Positions 39,420-52,300 of a stretch of 64,000 nt of DNA are shown here, piece after piece. Numbering within the stretch: position 1 is the first letter of the stretch; each line of letters opens with the position of its first letter. The translations under genes and the position numbers were made by a program. The stretch is from Octopus sinensis (taxonomy: Eukaryota). Location of the stretch: assembly GCF_006345805.1 (NCBI RefSeq), contig NC_043003.1, forward strand, positions 69,626,001 to 69,690,000, given 5' to 3'. A model generated the notes under the pieces. That model was not told where the DNA came from. It did not search any database and worked only from the letters and a program-made list of their open reading frames with translations.

Positions 39420-40310
39420 AATGCCCTGGGTGTGACTTTAAACTACATTTGAGAGTGGGGCTTTGGTTCTGAGAGTTCCAGGGTTTTGTAGAACCACTTC
39501 TTAGCTAGTATTGCTCCTAGGTCTACTCTGATCTGGAGTAGTTAGGGTTCTAGCTATGGGTTTGCTAGCATATGTGATGATAATCCATCTGAACATGAAG
39601 ATGCAGAAATACCCTGATTGGTGTTAGGGTGTGCAGTAAAACCATCAGGAGTGAGAGGCGTTTAGCTGTTGTCACAGCATCCTTCTAGGAGAGGAACACC
39701 CTGATGTAGAACCTGTAGTTTCATATGATCATTGGTCATCTTGCTGTCACCAGGTACTAATGATGAAGGATCAGAAAGTGGTGCTCATGTTGTACAAGAA
39801 TTTATCACTATAATCTAATGATGTACAAATGTCTTTTTTAGAGTGACCTCATTTGTCATTTCATCTATTGAAAGTCCTATACCAATAGAAGAGTGATGAC
39901 ATCTGCAGACCTAACCATTTGGAAACACACAGTAAGTTACAACTTTCGCCTGTCACCTATGCCCCAAACCATGCAGATCTGCAATGGGATTGAATAGTCA
40001 TCTGAGAAGTCATGGATGGAAAGTCAGAAAATGCCATTGACAATGAGGAAGCTCTTGGAGATGGCAATCGCCTGCGAGGATGGAGCAATTACAATTTATA
40101 AGAAGAAATTAAGTGGAAACTGATCAAAGTTTAAAGAGGTAATGTCTAAAACTAGAATCCCAGAACAAATAAGGTCAAAATTCTTGAAAATTGAAGTAGC
40201 TATTGTTTTTCCAGTAGCTATTGTTTTGCAGTGTTTTTCCATGAAAAACTTAGATAAAAACTGGTTTAGATTCACAACATGGTTGGGTATTTAATTTGAA
40301 GTGACCTTAC

Positions 40311-40502
40311 CCATCAGATTGTATTATCCAGCGTTGGTTAATGTCATCAGGTGAACGTTTCATAAGAATAACATCAGCTAAGCGACTGTCATTTTGCACA
40401 GCAGTTAAGACAAGGTTTGGGCTTTCTGCACAAGCTATATAACCATCTTCATAAGTGAATTTCTGTAAGTCTTCTGGACTTGTGAAATGTGGAACATTAA
40501 CT
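40311..40502 (-). CDS. DCDC1: DCDC1-like gene, internal exon D (ricin-B/beta-trefoil-like repeat)
   Basis: Acceptor catttcAG, donor gg|GTAAGG. 192 nt, phase 2->2: (K)VNVPHFTSPEDLQKFTYEDGYIACAESPNLVLTAVQNDSRLADVILMKRSPDDINQRWIIQSD(G). Carries the QxF/QxW and NLVL motifs of ricin-type lectin repeats. Not shown in the ORF track. Confidence 0.85.
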
Positions 40503-41217
40503 CTGAAATGACAACAACAACAACAATAATAATAATGGTTTCAAATTTTGGCACAAGGCCAGCAAATTTGGGTGAGGGGGAAAGTCGATTACATCAACAC
40601 TCGTGCTCAGTTGGTATTTATTTTATTGACCCCAAAAGAATGAAAGGCAGAAATTGAACTCAGGACATAAAGACAAAATGCCGTTAAGTATTTTATCTGG
40701 CATATTAACCATATTAACAATTCTGCCACCTCACCACCTTAATAATAACAATAATAATAACAATAATGATAACAGTAATGAATTCAAATTTTAGCACAAG
40801 GCCAGCAATTTCAGGGGATGGATAAGTCAATTACATTGACACAGTATTCAACTAGTACTTAGCCTTTCAACCTTTCAAGGTTGATAAAATAAGTTGAAAA
40901 TAGAAATATTAACATTTCTAAGTCTCCCTAAAGGAGACTAAGGCAGTGGTACAGGATATTAATAGTTATCACCATGCTAACATGGCAGTCCAGGAAAATA
41001 GGACGAATACTGCTGTTGATTAGCTCCAAGACGCCATCGCCTCTAACTAGCTATGTGACACACAAACCTGTGTCTATTATAATCTTCCATTATAAACCTG
41101 TTTGAACAGCAGCAAAATAAGTCGACCTTGGCAGAATTTGAACTCAGAATGTAGCAATGGATAAAATGTCACTAAGCATTTTGTCCCATGTGCTAATGAT
41201 TCTGCCATTTCACCACC

Positions 41218-41260
<43 letters not shown>

Positions 41261-41262
<2 letters not shown>

Positions 41263-41803
41263 GCCCTGATGCAGTACCAGGCAGTGGCTCTCATGGCTTC
41301 TGATCTTAACTGATTGGAAGTGTTATCATGTACATTGTTTTGTCTTGGTATAAAAGATGGGCTACAGCAAATATTCTGCTCAATACCACAGTTGTTTGAC
41401 CGTAACCAGTTGAGCATGTCCCTTAGTGGCTGACGATATGTGCATCTCTGATCACGAGCAGAAGTAGTGGGGGAGCATCATAGCCATGTGTTGAGAGAGA
41501 TTCTTTGGGGTTTGAATAGTTCACCTCTGGAAACATGGGTTGTTCTTTCAACATCCTTAAACAACCCTTATTCAGGGATCTTTTGAGCGGGATGGGCTAC
41601 TCAACCTGAAGAAAATTCTAACTGGGCCCCACCTGCAAGGTCATGTGCTGTTTATCTTGATATGAGATCACCATGTCGCGCACATATGGTTGTGATGCAT
41701 GTGCCTAGTGTACCTTTATCAGACGGGTAGTCATGATGGGTATATTGGGCTTCGTATATTTTACCCCAGTGTCACTTTGATGGCATGCACTGCTCTCTCA
41801 CTC
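41261..41803 (+). mobile_element. Non-coding ~540-bp retroposon-like element found only within (AAT)n tracts (5'-truncated copies 23259-23757, 48421-48882)
   Basis: Three colinear copies with a fixed 3' end CACTGCTCTCTCACTC(AAT)n and variable 5' ends. No ORF or TIR. Confidence 0.75.
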
Positions 41804-41827
41804 AATAATAATAATAATAATAACAAC

Positions 41828-42182
41828 AAGAGCACTCAGAGAGCGCAAACCTCCACAAGGCAACACCAACATTCTCTTAACAATTAGCCAGAGATGATTT
41901 TTAAAATGTGAATATCTGAAATAAACTTGATTGATCTCACAAACAAGAATACTAAATATGAATGCGACTGCTCTCAAAAATGAAGTAAAAAAACAGGAAA
42001 AATAATCCAGAATCCTTGTCCAGTACTAATCTAATAAGTTTGTGCCAATCATGAGGCCAAACATCCTTGAAAGTTTCAACTGAATCCATCCAGCGGTTCT
42101 TGAGATATCTTGTCCATGGACAAACAAACAAACAAACACGGCTGAAAACAATACTTACGCCTTTGCTAAGGCAGAAGTAATA
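41828..42182 (-). mobile_element. Helentron/HINE-like element, second full copy
   Basis: Colinear with 24041-24397 (AAGAGCACTCAGAGAG...GCCTTTGCTAAGGC). Confidence 0.65.
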
Positions 42183-42702
42183 ATAATAATAATCCTTTCT
42201 ACAGTAGGCATAAGGCTTGAAATTTTAGGGAAGGGGGTCTAGTTGATTACATCGACCCAGTGCTTGACTGGTACTTAATTTATCAACCTTGAAAGGATGA
42301 AAAGCAAAGTTGACCTTGGCGGAATTTGAACACAGAACGTAGCAATAGGCGAAATACTGCTAAGCATTTAATCCAGTGTGTTAACAATTCTGTCAGCTCA
42401 CTGCCTTAATAATAATAATAATCAATTTTTTTTTATTGGCCACAAGGGCTGACACGCATGATTACATAAAGGGACAAGACAGGACGAAAGGTTACAAAGG
42501 GTTTTGTCCGTTTGTTAAAAAATCCGTGTAAAAAATTTTAAAGCAATGATTATTAAAACAATGAAAAACTCCCAAAAGGGGGAGACGTCTCGAAATGTTC
42601 CCGGTGGAAAAAACCCTACAAAAGCCAACGGGAGCCTGGTCAAAAAAAGGGGGTGTAGAGAGTCCCCTTTCTTCTCCTTTTACATTACCTTTTTCTTTGA
42701 AA

Positions 42703-45700
42703 TCACAGGCGAAACCTGAGAACTGGTCCATTTATACAGGCCAGTCTCGCACAATTCACCCACCTTTCATAAAACTTGCTATCGGACAGCACTTTCCTCT
42801 CTAACCTCATCTTCCTTTTCAAGTGAAACTTGAAAAAGTTGATGAGGCCTTGACCAAAGAGGAAAGTGTCTGACTTTAGCCCTTTCAAACGAGTCCACCA
42901 CACAACTTCTTTCGCCACAGCCACAAGGCACAAGAAAACGGCCTCGCCCTCCTTGTTAAAGGAGGTCGGCGGGGCAATCTTCACTATGGATTCGGCCGAG
43001 AGTCGGATCCGTCCTATACGTGACAGTAGCTGTTCGACATAAACCCATATTTCAGCAATACTCGGGCACTGGACGAGTGCGTGCAGAACGGTTTCGTCGT
43101 CCTGGCAACACCTCGGGCAGGCCCGGCTGACGGCACTTCCGTGCCGGTAGAGTTTATCTCGAACAGGCAGAGCCCCTCGGTAGCACTGCCAGGCGAGAGA
43201 CCTCTGGAAATTATCCATCGGCCCCGGCCCGAAAGTCCTCCCGAACAGACCGCTCAGTTCGTCGTCTTCAACGCCTAGAGTTTCCCCGAGAACGTCGTCG
43301 CATTTTTCCTCCACTAACCCTCTATAGAACGCTAGAGTGGAGCTGTAACCGACCGCATTGCCCGCCTGGTGGAGGGCGGAGAGGGCTTGACGGCACTCGA
43401 GGTGCCAAGCGCCCTTTCTCGGTCTACGTTTGATCCAGGTCTGCAGCTCCGTCAAAGAGACGAGCTGCGGAAAATCGCGTCTGACAAAAGACGACCACAC
43501 CTGTTCACCGTCTAGGAAGCGCTTAAGATGCCGAAGCCTGAGCGCATGTCTGCGCAACAGCAACCACGGCATTCCAAGGCCTCCGTTCAGCGGTCGTTGA
43601 CAGCAGATGGATCGCCTGACCAGTGGCACCTGACCCTTCCACAAAAAGTCGAAGAGCAGGCGTGTACCAGCTTGGCCAACCAGCGGTCGGGACAAGGGAC
43701 GACGGTCAAGCGGTAATAGATGACGGATGCGATGTACGCATTCGCCACCTCCGCTCGACCTTTCAGGGACAGCTTCCTCTCGGCCCATTTCTGGGTGAGA
43801 CGTGCCACCCTGCTCGTCACCTCTTCCCAGTTCTTATCCACCTGGAGGTCCGGACCGAACCAGACCCCGAGCAGTTTAACGGGTCCGTCTGTCCAGCGCC
43901 CTACGACGCTGTTGGACGGCATGGGCTTGCCTCTCCAGGTGCCCAGTTGCAAGCCCACAGACTTTTCCGCGTTAATCTTTGCCCCTGTCACCGCTTCGTA
44001 CTGGTTTAGCGTCTCGCCAATCAGGCCAATGTGCCTGTGGCTCGACACCACCACGGTGACGTCGTCGGCATAAGCAGACACGCTGTTTCCGCCTCCTAGA
44101 TCGCGCGGGATGCCCCTCAAAGCCTCCAACTTGCGCAGTAATGGCTCGAGAGTCAAAATGTACAAGAGGGAGGAGAGAGGGCATCCTTGGCGGACCGAAC
44201 GCGAGATGTCGAACGGTTCCGAAAGGTGACCGTTCACCCGTATCACCGAGCAGATGTTGCTGTATAAAGCAGCGATCCACCCGCGGAAGACTGGACCGAA
44301 GCGGCTGCCTTGAGGACAGCTGCCAGGTACTGATGGTCGACCCTATCGAAGGCTTTACTCTGATCCAAGTTGATCAAAGCCCCACCCGCGCCAGCGTCGT
44401 TACCCACCCTCTCTATGATGTAGCGCATGAGATGGAGGTTGTCGTGTATCGACCTGGTCGGCACGGCGCATGTCTGCGTCCCGCCGACCAGCTTGTCCAC
44501 GACAAGCGCCAATCTCTTGGCTAGCACCTTGGCCAAAATCTTCAACTCTGCATTGAGCAGAGTGATGGGCCGGAAATTCCCTATAACGTCCCCCTTGTTT
44601 GGGTCCTTCTTTAGCAAAGCCACCACCCTCGACAGACAAAAGCAGGAATTCTCCCGTTTTGCTGCCAGTTGCAGTACGTTTGCCAACAGGTCCGCAAACA
44701 AGTCTGGCATCGAAAAGTAAAGCTCGTAGGGCAGACCATCCAAACCGGCGATCTACCTCTCGTGCAACTCTTCATCGCTTCCTGTACTTCCCAGGCAGAT
44801 ATCGGTCCTTCGCAGCACTCTGCCTCGCTGTCCGAGAGTTGCGGCAGTCCGTCCAGGTACACACGAAGTCTGTACCGTTGGTGTCCGTTCCACCGCTCGT
44901 CCCAAACAGTTGAGCAAAGTGCCGCTGAAGCACCGTACACATCTGCTTCGGTTGGGTAACCTCGCGCCCGTTCTGGTCCACCAAAGACCGAATGGTTGCT
45001 CTGTTGCCTCGCTTCGCCTCCGCCACGCGGGCCCATCGAGCGGCTCTAGTCCCCTCCCCGCTTAGCGAACGTGCCTTAGCTCTGACAACGCAGCCTTCGT
45101 GTTGGCGTCGAAGTGTTGGTCGAGGGCCAACCTTGCCGCCAACACGTCGGTCGCGATGCCAGTGTCAAGAGCCTCGTCTAGTTCTTAACTAAATCCCGCT
45201 CTCTCTTCCTACGTTCAATAGCTAGAGTCTTACTATACCTAATCGACTCTACTCTAATTGCTCTCTTGAGGGCAAACCACCAGTTGTTGTTGATGATTGC
45301 CCCCGTGAGCGCCCGCTTAACTAGTAAACTAATCCGGTCTCTGTAAGCTTTGCACGCCGTTAACGACGCGTTCAGCTTCCAGTAGCCGGGTCCCTGTCTA
45401 TGTAGCCTATCTAAGTCGACCGTACAGATCACTAATTTGTGGTCCGTATATTCGACTAGGTGGAATTGTGGACACCCTACGCTGTCCTTATCCGCTGGCC
45501 TACAAAACACTCTATCTAAGTACGATCTAGACGACCCGATGCGGTTTGTCCAAGTCCACATTGGCACATTCGGGTTGTCTAGTCGAAACCTGTCGGACAG
45601 CTGAAAGCGGCCGAGTAGGTTGGCGAGGCTCTTGCACCCTCCCCCTCTCCTATCAGACGCTCCCCTGCCCACCCGATCGAAACGTTCGTCTAAGACAGCG

Positions 45701-46131
45701 TTCCAATCCCCAACTAGTACTAGAGTGCGTGACGTTCCCAGGAAAACTTCCAGACGTTTGAAATAATCCGACTGCCCTGCTCCTGTCGGAGCGTAGGCAG
45801 CCAGCAGTCTGAAAGCACCGCCGTCACTACCGTCCACGTCGAGGACCACCAACTTACCTTCCGGATCCAAGAAGACTGTCCTTATTTTCAGGTCCAGGCC
45901 TTCCGAAACAACACCGCAGTACCACCACCGCCCGCTCCCGGCCGACACGGAGATAGAAATATCTCGTATCCGCCGAAAAGGGCTGCGAGTTCCTGCGGGT
46001 CGGAGAGCCTGGTTTCACTGATGGCTGCTACATCCACATCATGAAACCTCAGGTCGTTTTAACAGGTGACCCTGTTTCCAAGGTGACCCGAGGCCTCTCA
46101 CATTCAAGCAACCGATTCTAAGATTTGCCAT
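42703..46131 (-). pseudogene. Tx1 LINE ORF2 (AP endonuclease + reverse transcriptase + zinc finger), several frameshifts
   Basis: Starts MANLRIGCLNVRGL. Endonuclease motifs: YAPT, GDWNA, SYLDR, TDH, GPGYWKLN. RT motifs: NFRPITLLNAELKILAKVLA, DQSKAFDRVDH, VRQGCPLS, AYADD, KLLGV. C-terminal CPRC...ETVLHALVQC. Confidence 0.93.
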
Positions 46132-46174
46132 GTTTCAAAAGTTAGGAAAAAAAAAGAGAGAAAAAAGGCTCTAC

Positions 46175-48064
46175 TTACTGTTGTTGGTGGTGGGGTGGCT
46201 CCCTTGTGCTTTTGCACGGGTGCTTTAATAATAATTTTTTTGTAAAGTTCTGAGAGAAACTTTTCCCTAACGATCCCACATCGTTAGGGAATATTTGTTT
46301 TATTCGTTGTAAACTGTTTTGTTTATTTAATTGTGAGAATGTGTGCTGGTGTGGTGTGTTGTGTGTAGGTATTATGAAATCTGTAATGTTTGTGCTTGTT
46401 TTGTTTTTCAAATACTCAACCAGTTCCTGGTTTCTTGTATTCACTGCTGTAATCGTGTCTGTAATTGTGTCTGTGTTTGTTTGTGTCTGTGGTAGTGGCA
46501 GTAGTGTGTCGAAAGTGTTGTTGTTGTTGTTTGTTGTTGTGAGTGTGTGTTGTTGTTGATGTTGTTGTTGATGTTGGGAAGTACTGTTTGTTCGTGCTTC
46601 CCCTGTAAATCTTTTTGTTTTTTCCTCCTTTTTTTTTGGAGGTACTATATTCCATTCTCCTTTGTTGGAATCAGAGCTCGCACAATCCGAGATCTCTTCA
46701 TCCGGCAAAGGAATGGTTGAGGGGTCTGCTTCAGTAGCAGGACGAAAAGTTTTTGGGTTCCGCCGGTATCGGTGGTGCGCTGCTCATGTTGTTACTGTTG
46801 ATGTCGCTGCTGTCGACATTCGAGGTACTGGTGTCGGTGTTGGTTTGGTGGTGGTTGTCGGTGTTGGTTTGGTGGTGTTGTTGTTGTTGGTGGTGGTGTT
46901 GTTCGTCTTGGTGCCGGTGTGTTGGTGATGGTGTTGGTGGTGTGGCAGCCTTTGGTTTTTTTTTTCTTGCTGTTTTTGTTGTTTCTGTTGTTTGCTTGTT
47001 GTGTTGTTGTTGTTGTTGTTGTTGCTGCTGCCTCTTGCTATACTCCTCCATTCTCTTTTTTTGAATGGGGCAGTCCCTTTTTAGGTGGCTTTCGCTACTG
47101 CGCAGAGGAAACATTTTGGCTTTCGCCCCTCTACAATAACATTTAGCCTGGTCCCATCCAGCAAGATGACAAAGTCAGGTATGGCATTGATGTTTTCCTG
47201 CTGGATCTGTACCAGCAGTTGAATCCCATGCCTGACCAGTTCTTTTCTCGTACCCTCCGAACATTCAGAATAGTGGCAGTGTCCTCTATGCCATAGAGGA
47301 CAGCCGCCACTAGCCATGAGATTTTCTGTTCGGGGGGTATTGTGCTTATTGTTATTTTTTGTACCTTACGCCCGAGGTACGGTCGGGACGGACGAGGAAC
47401 AAATGTTCATTTTGCAAGGGCGAAATGGCGTTCGCCCTTGCAAGCTCCTCTGTTGGGAAGCGAACCTCCACGGTTCCAAATCGCTTCCCTCTTGTCACAT
47501 AGCTCTTCTGGCCCCAAATGGGCTTCAGAGCCATCTCCAACTGTTGTGGTGTGGCGATTAAACAATCTTTTAGTTTTCTTTTCGAAGACTTTATAAAAGA
47601 TTGTTCTTTTGTTTGTCTCTTGTGTGAGTTGTTGAGGTGTGTTGAGGAGGAAACACTGTTCCCCTCCTTTCTCAACAAATCTTGTGCCATTTTATGTCCT
47701 CCATCGTTATATCTACATCTTCCGAAATTTGCTTCGCAGCAGAAGCAAAATCGTTAGAGTTTTTAACATTTTTTTGTTGGTTCTTGTCTGTGTTTTTGTC
47801 TGTTATAAGTTTCTTTTCCTCCCTCTTCGGTACAGCATCACTTGTTGAAGGCAGAGGGGGGAAATCAAGAGTGACGTCGAACGCGACGTCCTGTCTTGCA
47901 TTCTCCTTTTGAACCGAGCGCGTGCTCTCCGGTTCGGAAGGAGGATCTTTGTTGCCTTTTACGGCTTGAAATGGGTTGTACGTAACCCGTGACGTTGCCT
48001 TTTGTTCTTGTGGAGGGGGTGTTGCAAGAAGGAGGGAAGAGCCAGCAGCTCGTTTCAAAGCCAT
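46175..48064 (-). pseudogene. Tx1 LINE ORF1 (gag-like, CCHC zinc knuckle, poly-Q/T linker), frameshifted
   Basis: Consecutive minus-strand ORF pieces: MALKRAAG..., ...GTVEVRFPTEELAR..., IPDFVILLDGTRLNVIVEGRKPKCFLC joined across a frameshift to ESHLKRDCP (CX2C...H...C knuckle). Confidence 0.8.
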
Positions 48065-48323
48065 TTTGTATATATTTGTGTGCAAAAAATGTCAATTTCA
48101 AAATAAAAAAAACAGCAATTTCAATTCACACCCGAAGGGGCAAAATTTTCGCCCAACCGACGAGCTCCGCAAGAAGAGCCGGTCGGTTTGGCTACAAAAA
48201 TATTAAAAAATATTCAAGCTTATTAAAAATTTCCAATAAAATTGGCACAAAACTCACAGAGCTGATTCACGTACGTCCATCGGCGTCGGGAGGAATAATA
48301 ATATAATAATAATAATAAATAAA

Positions 48324-48357
<34 letters not shown>

Positions 48358-51300
48358 TATAATAATAATAATAATATAATAATAATAATAAAATAATAAT
48401 AATAATAATAATAACAACAAGGCTACAGTGAATATTCTGCTCAATACCACAGATTTGCTTGTCAGTTGTTTGACCATAACCAGTTGAGTATGTCCCTTGG
48501 TACCTGATGATATGGGCATCTCTGATCACAAGGAGAAGTAGTGTGGGAGTATCATAGCCTCATGCTGAGAGGAAGTCTTTTGGGGTTTGGATAATTCACC
48601 TTTGAAAATATGGGTGTTTTGTTCATCATCCTTAAACAAACCTTATTCCGGGACCTTTTGAGCAGGATGGGCTACTCAACCTGAAGAAAATTCTAACTGA
48701 GCCCCCACCTGCAAGGTCATGCACTGTTTATCTTGATATGAAATTACCATGTCACGCACATGTGGTTGTGATGCATGTACCTGGTATACCCTTATCAGAC
48801 GGGTAGTCATGATGGGTATATTGGGCTTCGTATAATTGTACCTCAGTGTCACTTTGATGGCCTGCACTGCTCTCTCTCACTCAACAATAATAATAGTAAT
48901 AACAATAACAATCTTTTCTACTCTAGGCACAAGACCTGAAATTTTTGGTGAGGAGACCAGTCGATTAGATCAACCACAGTATGCAACTGGTACTTAACTT
49001 ATCAACCCCGAAAGGATGAAAGGCAAAGCCAGCCTCAGTGGAATTTGAACTCAGAACCTAAAGGCAGACGAAATACCTTTTTCTTTACTACTCACAAGGG
49101 GCTAAACACAGAGAGGACAAACAAGGACAGAGAAATGGATTAAGTCGATTATATCGACTCCAGTGCATAACAGGTACTTATTTAATCGATCCCGAAAGGA
49201 TGAAAGGCAAAGTTGACCTTGGCGGAATTTGAACTCTGAACGTAGTGGCAGACGAAATACCGCTAAGCATTGCACCCGGCATGCTAATCTTTCTGCCAGC
49301 TCACTACCTCAATAATAATAATAATGATAATAATGATGATGATGATGACAACAATGATGATTTAGGCACAAAACCAGCAATTTTCAAAAGAGGGTGCTAG
49401 TTGATACCATTACCTCCAGTATTGGTACTTTATTTTATCTACCCCAGAGGGACAAAAATCAAAACTGACCCAAGTGGGGAATGAATTCAGAACCTATGCA
49501 CAATAAAAACAAAAAATATTGCAACAAGAATAACGAAACAATGACAAACTGAAATCTATTATTCTGACATGAAAATTCCTACCTTCTCAGCTCTCTAACT
49601 TACAGAATCATTTTATATCTGTGTGATTTTTTTGACACATTTAATCAAAACTATGGAATGGTTATCACATATTGCAGATGTGAATCTGTGATAAGGTTTT
49701 TAATCTTAATTGAAAATGTTCCACTTCACTCATATGATGAAATTTACTTGAAAATATAAGAGGCATGGTTGCGTGGTAAGAAGTTTGCTTCCCAGTTACC
49801 TGGTTCCAGGTTCAGTTCCACTGTGTGGCTTTTTGGGAAAATGTTTTCTACTATAGTCTCAGGCCAACCAAAGCCTTCTGTGTAGATTTGGTAAATGGAA
49901 ACTGAAAGAAGCCCATAGTGTGTGTGTGTGTGTGTGCATGCATGTGCATCTATGTGTCATTGTGTTTGTCCCCAACCACCGCATGATAACCAGTGTTGGT
50001 TTGTTTACATCCTTGTAACTCAGTGGTTTAGCAAGAGAAACCAATAGAATAAGTAGAATGGGTACTGGGGTCGATTCCTTTGACCAAAATTCTTCAAGGC
50101 TGTGCCCCAGCATGGCCACAGTCTAACAACCGAAAGACATGTACAGGAGTTGTTTCTGTGTTCGAATGTAACTATGTAAGAATGTAACTTGAGTGAAGTG
50201 TTACCAATTCTCGTGTGTTACCAAATAAATACAGAATGGGGAAAGTCAATGAGACAGTTGCATCTGTGAGGCATTGAGAAAATATATCAGATGTTTATAT
50301 TAGAACAAACATAAAAATTTATTTGGGTTGTAATGAGAGTAGGCAATTGTTGTATGTAGGAGTCAAGGAAGGCCATTGAACTTACTATTATGTGACCGAG
50401 ACCTTTGAAGATATGCTGTGCTTGAGAAGAGCCAGCAAGCCATGTGAGACTGTAACTATGGCCTATGCCAGAGCAGCATAACAGGTCCATTTAAGAGTAT
50501 CCTTCAATCAATGGGAATAACTGTGCTTGAAAAGACCTGTTGTGTCAAGTGAAGTCATTGTCATGGCCGATGACTGTACCACTTGATTGGCACACGTGCC
50601 GGTGGCACGTAAAAAGCACCATTCAAGTGTGATCATTGCCAGTGTCGCTTGACTGGCTCCCGTACTGGTGGAATGTAAAAAGCAACATTCAAGTGTGGTT
50701 GATGCCAGTGCTGGCTGACTGGCTCCAATTCTGGTGGCATGTAAAAAGCACCATTTGAGTGTGGTCGTTGTCAGTGCCACCTGACTAGCTCCCATGCCAA
50801 TGGCACATAAAAAGCACTATTCAAGTGTGGTTGATGACAGTACCAACTGACTGGCACTCATGCCAGTGGCATGTAAAAGCACCCACTACACTCTCGGAGT
50901 GGTTGATGTTAGGAAGGGCATCAAACTGTAGAAACTCTGCCAGATCAGGTTGGAGCCTGGTGCAGCCTTCTGGCTTGCCATCCTTCAGTCAAATATCTAA
51001 AGCTCCATGGGGCTCCAGCAGGGGTGGTGGCAAACCCTGCTGTGCTCTTTCACCACAACTTTCTCTCACTCTTTCTTCCTGTTTCTGTTGTACCTGTCAC
51101 ACTCTGTATCAGCCCTGTCACACTCTGTATCACACTGAATATCCCCAAGAATTACGTTAAGGGTACACATGTCTGTGGAGTGCTCAGCCACTTTCATTTT
51201 AATTTTACGAACAGGCTGTTCTGTTGATTGGATCAACTGGAACCCTCATCATCATAACCAATGGAGTGCCCTGATAGACACAAGTAAAAGGTAGAAAATA

Positions 51301-51498
51301 TAAAAACTGTGACATAAATTAAAAAGTGGTGAGTAGAAAACTTGCCTCAATAAATTCCACCTGACCCATGCAAGCATGCAAAAGTGGATGTTAAATGATG
51401 ATGATGATGAGGAGGATGATAATGATGGTTTCATTTCATTTTTAATTTTAAGGCCACATATCTATACCCATGCAAAGGAGTGTGTGGGGTAGACTTAC

Positions 51499-51660
51499 TT
51501 GTTTTTCAGATTGTGCTTCTCTGACGCAGGGTCTTCTTCAACATTTTGTTCTTCTTCGTCGTTTGTACAGTTTTCTACATTGACAAGACATTCCCACGGC
51601 CATTTCAGTTTATTCATGTAAATATCGGAATACATGTGAGAAATATCATGGCAGGATTTA
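51499..51660 (-). CDS. DCDC1: DCDC1-like gene, internal exon C
   Basis: Acceptor gttctttcAG, donor aa|GTAAGT. 162 nt, phase 2->2: (H)KSCHDISHMYSDIYMNKLKWPWECLVNVENCTNDEEEQNVEEDPASEKHNLKN. Confidence 0.8.
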
Positions 51661-52179
51661 CTGAAAGAACAACAGGAGATGATTCAAAATGATTTTTATG
51701 ATGTGTTCTTGTGATGTCATGTAAGACAGTTCTTCTCAAACTATCTGATGTGGCATACTGGCAGTTTTTTTCCTAATGTGCCAGGGACCGGTAATATTTC
51801 TTAGTAACATTAATTTATACCGGAAACAATATATATATTTAAGGCCACATATCTACACAAGTGCAAAGGAGTGTGTAGAGGTGGGGTGTCATGAATGGGT
51901 CTTAGAAGTTCTGGTTTCAATTGAAAAAAATTTTAGTGGGTGACCCTTCTTAGTTAACAAATGAGATTTCTAGTTTAGAAAATATGATAAAATCTAAGGT
52001 GCAGAGAAGCGATTCTGGATGCCTAAGGACCAGTCCACTCTGTAAAGTGGCCGGCATTAAAAAGGGCATCCAGCTGTGAAAACCAGGCCAAAGCAGACAA
52101 TGGAGCTCGGTGCAGTCCACTGGCTTGCCGGCTCCTATTAAAGCATCCAAATTATGCCAGCATGGAAGACAGATGCTAA

Positions 52180-52231
<52 letters not shown>

Positions 52232-52300
52232 CATCCTAGCAGATTTGAATGCAGATATGCTAATTACTGTTGTGTTTTGCCCCAGGAGAACAAATTCTCC

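Larger units (their letters stand above)
42426..48293 (-). mobile_element. Near-full-length (~5.9 kb) Tx1-type non-LTR retrotransposon (L1 clade) inserted in an (ATT)n tract
   Basis: GC/CpG-rich block. Starts CCTCCCGACGCCGATGGACG at the 5' end and ends AATAAAAAAAAA, with (ATT)n on both sides. Two ORFs: ORF1 with a zinc knuckle, ORF2 with AP endonuclease, RT and a C-terminal CCHC finger. Confidence 0.93.

Noticed and set aside
43081-45192. Plus-strand ORFs antisense to the LINE
   Set aside because: Expected by-products of a GC-rich coding strand; no recognisable motifs.
49583-49620. Micro-exon suggested by two donor-like sites
   Set aside because: No polypyrimidine acceptor; exons C and D join in phase without it.
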